64,000 nt of DNA from Dehalococcoidia bacterium (GTDB lineage Bacteria > Chloroflexota > Dehalococcoidia > Lucifugimonadales > G958296245). Shown here piece by piece: positions 62,698-64,000 of this stretch. Below the pieces are notes generated by a model that had not been told where the DNA came from, did not search any database, and saw only the letters and a list, made by a program, of their open reading frames with translations. The position numbers were made by a program, and so were the translations under genes. The stretch lies in assembly GCA_965262055.1 (NCBI GenBank), contig CBDHEI010000002.1, forward strand, positions 1,796,721 through 1,860,720. The letters are read 5' to 3'. The stretch's first letter is position 1; every line of letters starts with the position of its first letter.

Positions 62698-63608
62698 TGA
62701 CTCCAGAAGTAACTGTTATTCACAGCGACACTGCAAATAGAAGGTCCATCGAGAGGGAGTTGCGATCGCAATATGAGGACGAGGCCTTAGCACCCGAAAG
62801 CCGCTCGACACCCTCATTTTTCTGGGTGGGTGATAGATCTGACGTCCAGCCTACTCAGCCGTATCAGAGTGGCACGGTTGCTGAACAATCATATTCGACT
62901 GCTGGACTCCGGAGCCTCAAGGATCGCCCGCTAATGGGTCGTGTATTGTGTCGCACATTTTCGCCCAGCGAACCAAGAGGGCACGCTCAAGTTGTGTTCG
63001 ATCCTGTGGTCGAGTCCTTCGCGGACGGCTTTGCTGCCCTACTTCCTTCGGTCAGCTCCAAGTACAGTGTATTTTCTGACCCGACGAGTTGTTCAGTTGA
63101 AGCTGATGCTACGGCATCGTGTTCGCAGTTCGGAGCTGGCGAACTTTCGACGATTATGGGACCGCTTCAGCGTGACATGATGCAGGTGCTGCGTGGCAGT
63201 GCTATGTTTGTCCCTCCTGGTTTTGCAGATGTTGGTTACGCCAATCTGATCAGCAAGGCCAAGGCGCAGTTCGAAGTCCCAATCAATCCCATCGTCCAGT
63301 CTTTCGCGGAAGGTTGTTCAGGTGTTCGCCCTTCAGCGGATACAGTGAAGACCGCCACTAAGATAGTGGAAGCAGCCTTTCAACATGCCTCTGAGAGAGA
63401 TATCGAAGTCGATGAAACGGACGGTGTCCTATCATTTGAGCTAAGACTGAAGCGAGGGTTCCTAGTTGTTGGCTAACTGAGCCTTGTCGGCAGTCTTCAT
63501 GCAAACGTCTACAACGACCAACATCCAGATGTCAATGCAGGCATTGAAGAAATATGGGTCAAGCACCTCCCCGGTGGCTCTGCCGAAGACCTAATAGCCT
63601 TGTTCTGA
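62694..63608 (+). pseudogene. Hypothetical protein with a probable premature TAA at 63474-76
   Basis: Frame stays open 43 more codons (LSLVGSLHANVY...LIALF) to TGA 63606-08, 16 nt before the next ATG. Confidence 0.55.
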
Positions 63609-63624
63609 TCCTGCGCACCTCCTG

Positions 63625-64000
63625 ATGCCAGTTCCTGTAGACGATAGCGTCTGTAGATTCATCCGCCAAAAAGACTGGTCTACCGAACTTAATAAGCCGA
63701 AGGCGAGACTCTTCAAACAGCAGGATTTGTCAGTTTGGCACACAGGTAGGTTGGCGGAGCAAGGAGCTACTCTGGACGACCTTCGAATCGAAGGCTTGGC
63801 TGGTTCTGGTCAACTCAATCTGACAGTGGGAGAATATCTGGATATAGCAAGCGAGGTCTCGTCCCGAATTGGGCAGACACTCCAAGTTTGAGTTGAGTGG
63901 AGGCCCGACGACCAATTCGTAAAGGAGCCTTGGCGACGATGGCAGAACGCTCATGCCCAGGTTGAGATGACAGGAGCCACGTGGGAGCACTTTCCTCCTG
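63625..64000 (+). pseudogene. Hypothetical (possibly ART/RES-like) protein with an in-frame TGA at 63889-91; runs off the window
   Basis: CRFI...DLSVW, stop, then open VEWRP...NAHAQVE to the window end. Confidence 0.5.

Noticed and set aside
63889..63891. Selenocysteine or alternative genetic code at the in-frame TGA
   Set aside because: TGA is a normal stop elsewhere in the window, there is no redox motif context, and the neighbouring gene's interruption is TAA.

Overview
High-GC bacterial chromosome segment; gene content and style suggest Chloroflexota/Dehalococcoidia (SAR202-like), which is my inference. Core genes: 3' part of ligA, recF, an arginine cluster on the minus strand (argJ-argB-UPF0182-argD-argG, then acyl-CoA dehydrogenase, MaoC and aspartyl protease, then argH-rpe), and a complete F0F1 ATP synthase operon. 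Accessory genes: a family-5 ABC importer whose lipoprotein carries long Val/Glu/Lys repeats, a UxuA-like dehydratase, a frameshifted M16 protease, a Mo-hydroxylase large subunit, RNase D, an AlkZ-like glycosylase and several oxidoreductases. Mobile DNA: a 29-38.6 kb hotspot with four IS1380-family copies of two types (one nested in another, one disrupting a fused ABC-ATPase/TOPRIM, PARIS/OLD-like gene), an IS5-family element inserted at the atpA stop codon, an IS66-like 124-bp MITE beside the ABC promoter, and several REP-like palindromes. Most notable: three dispersed copies (38.7, 49.6, 61.4 kb) of a cassette made of a sigma70 promoter with a LexA-like box, a small ORF and 21-bp repeats. The window ends in a lower-GC three-gene operon with in-frame stops in two consecutive genes. 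I saw no rRNA, tRNA or CRISPR array.
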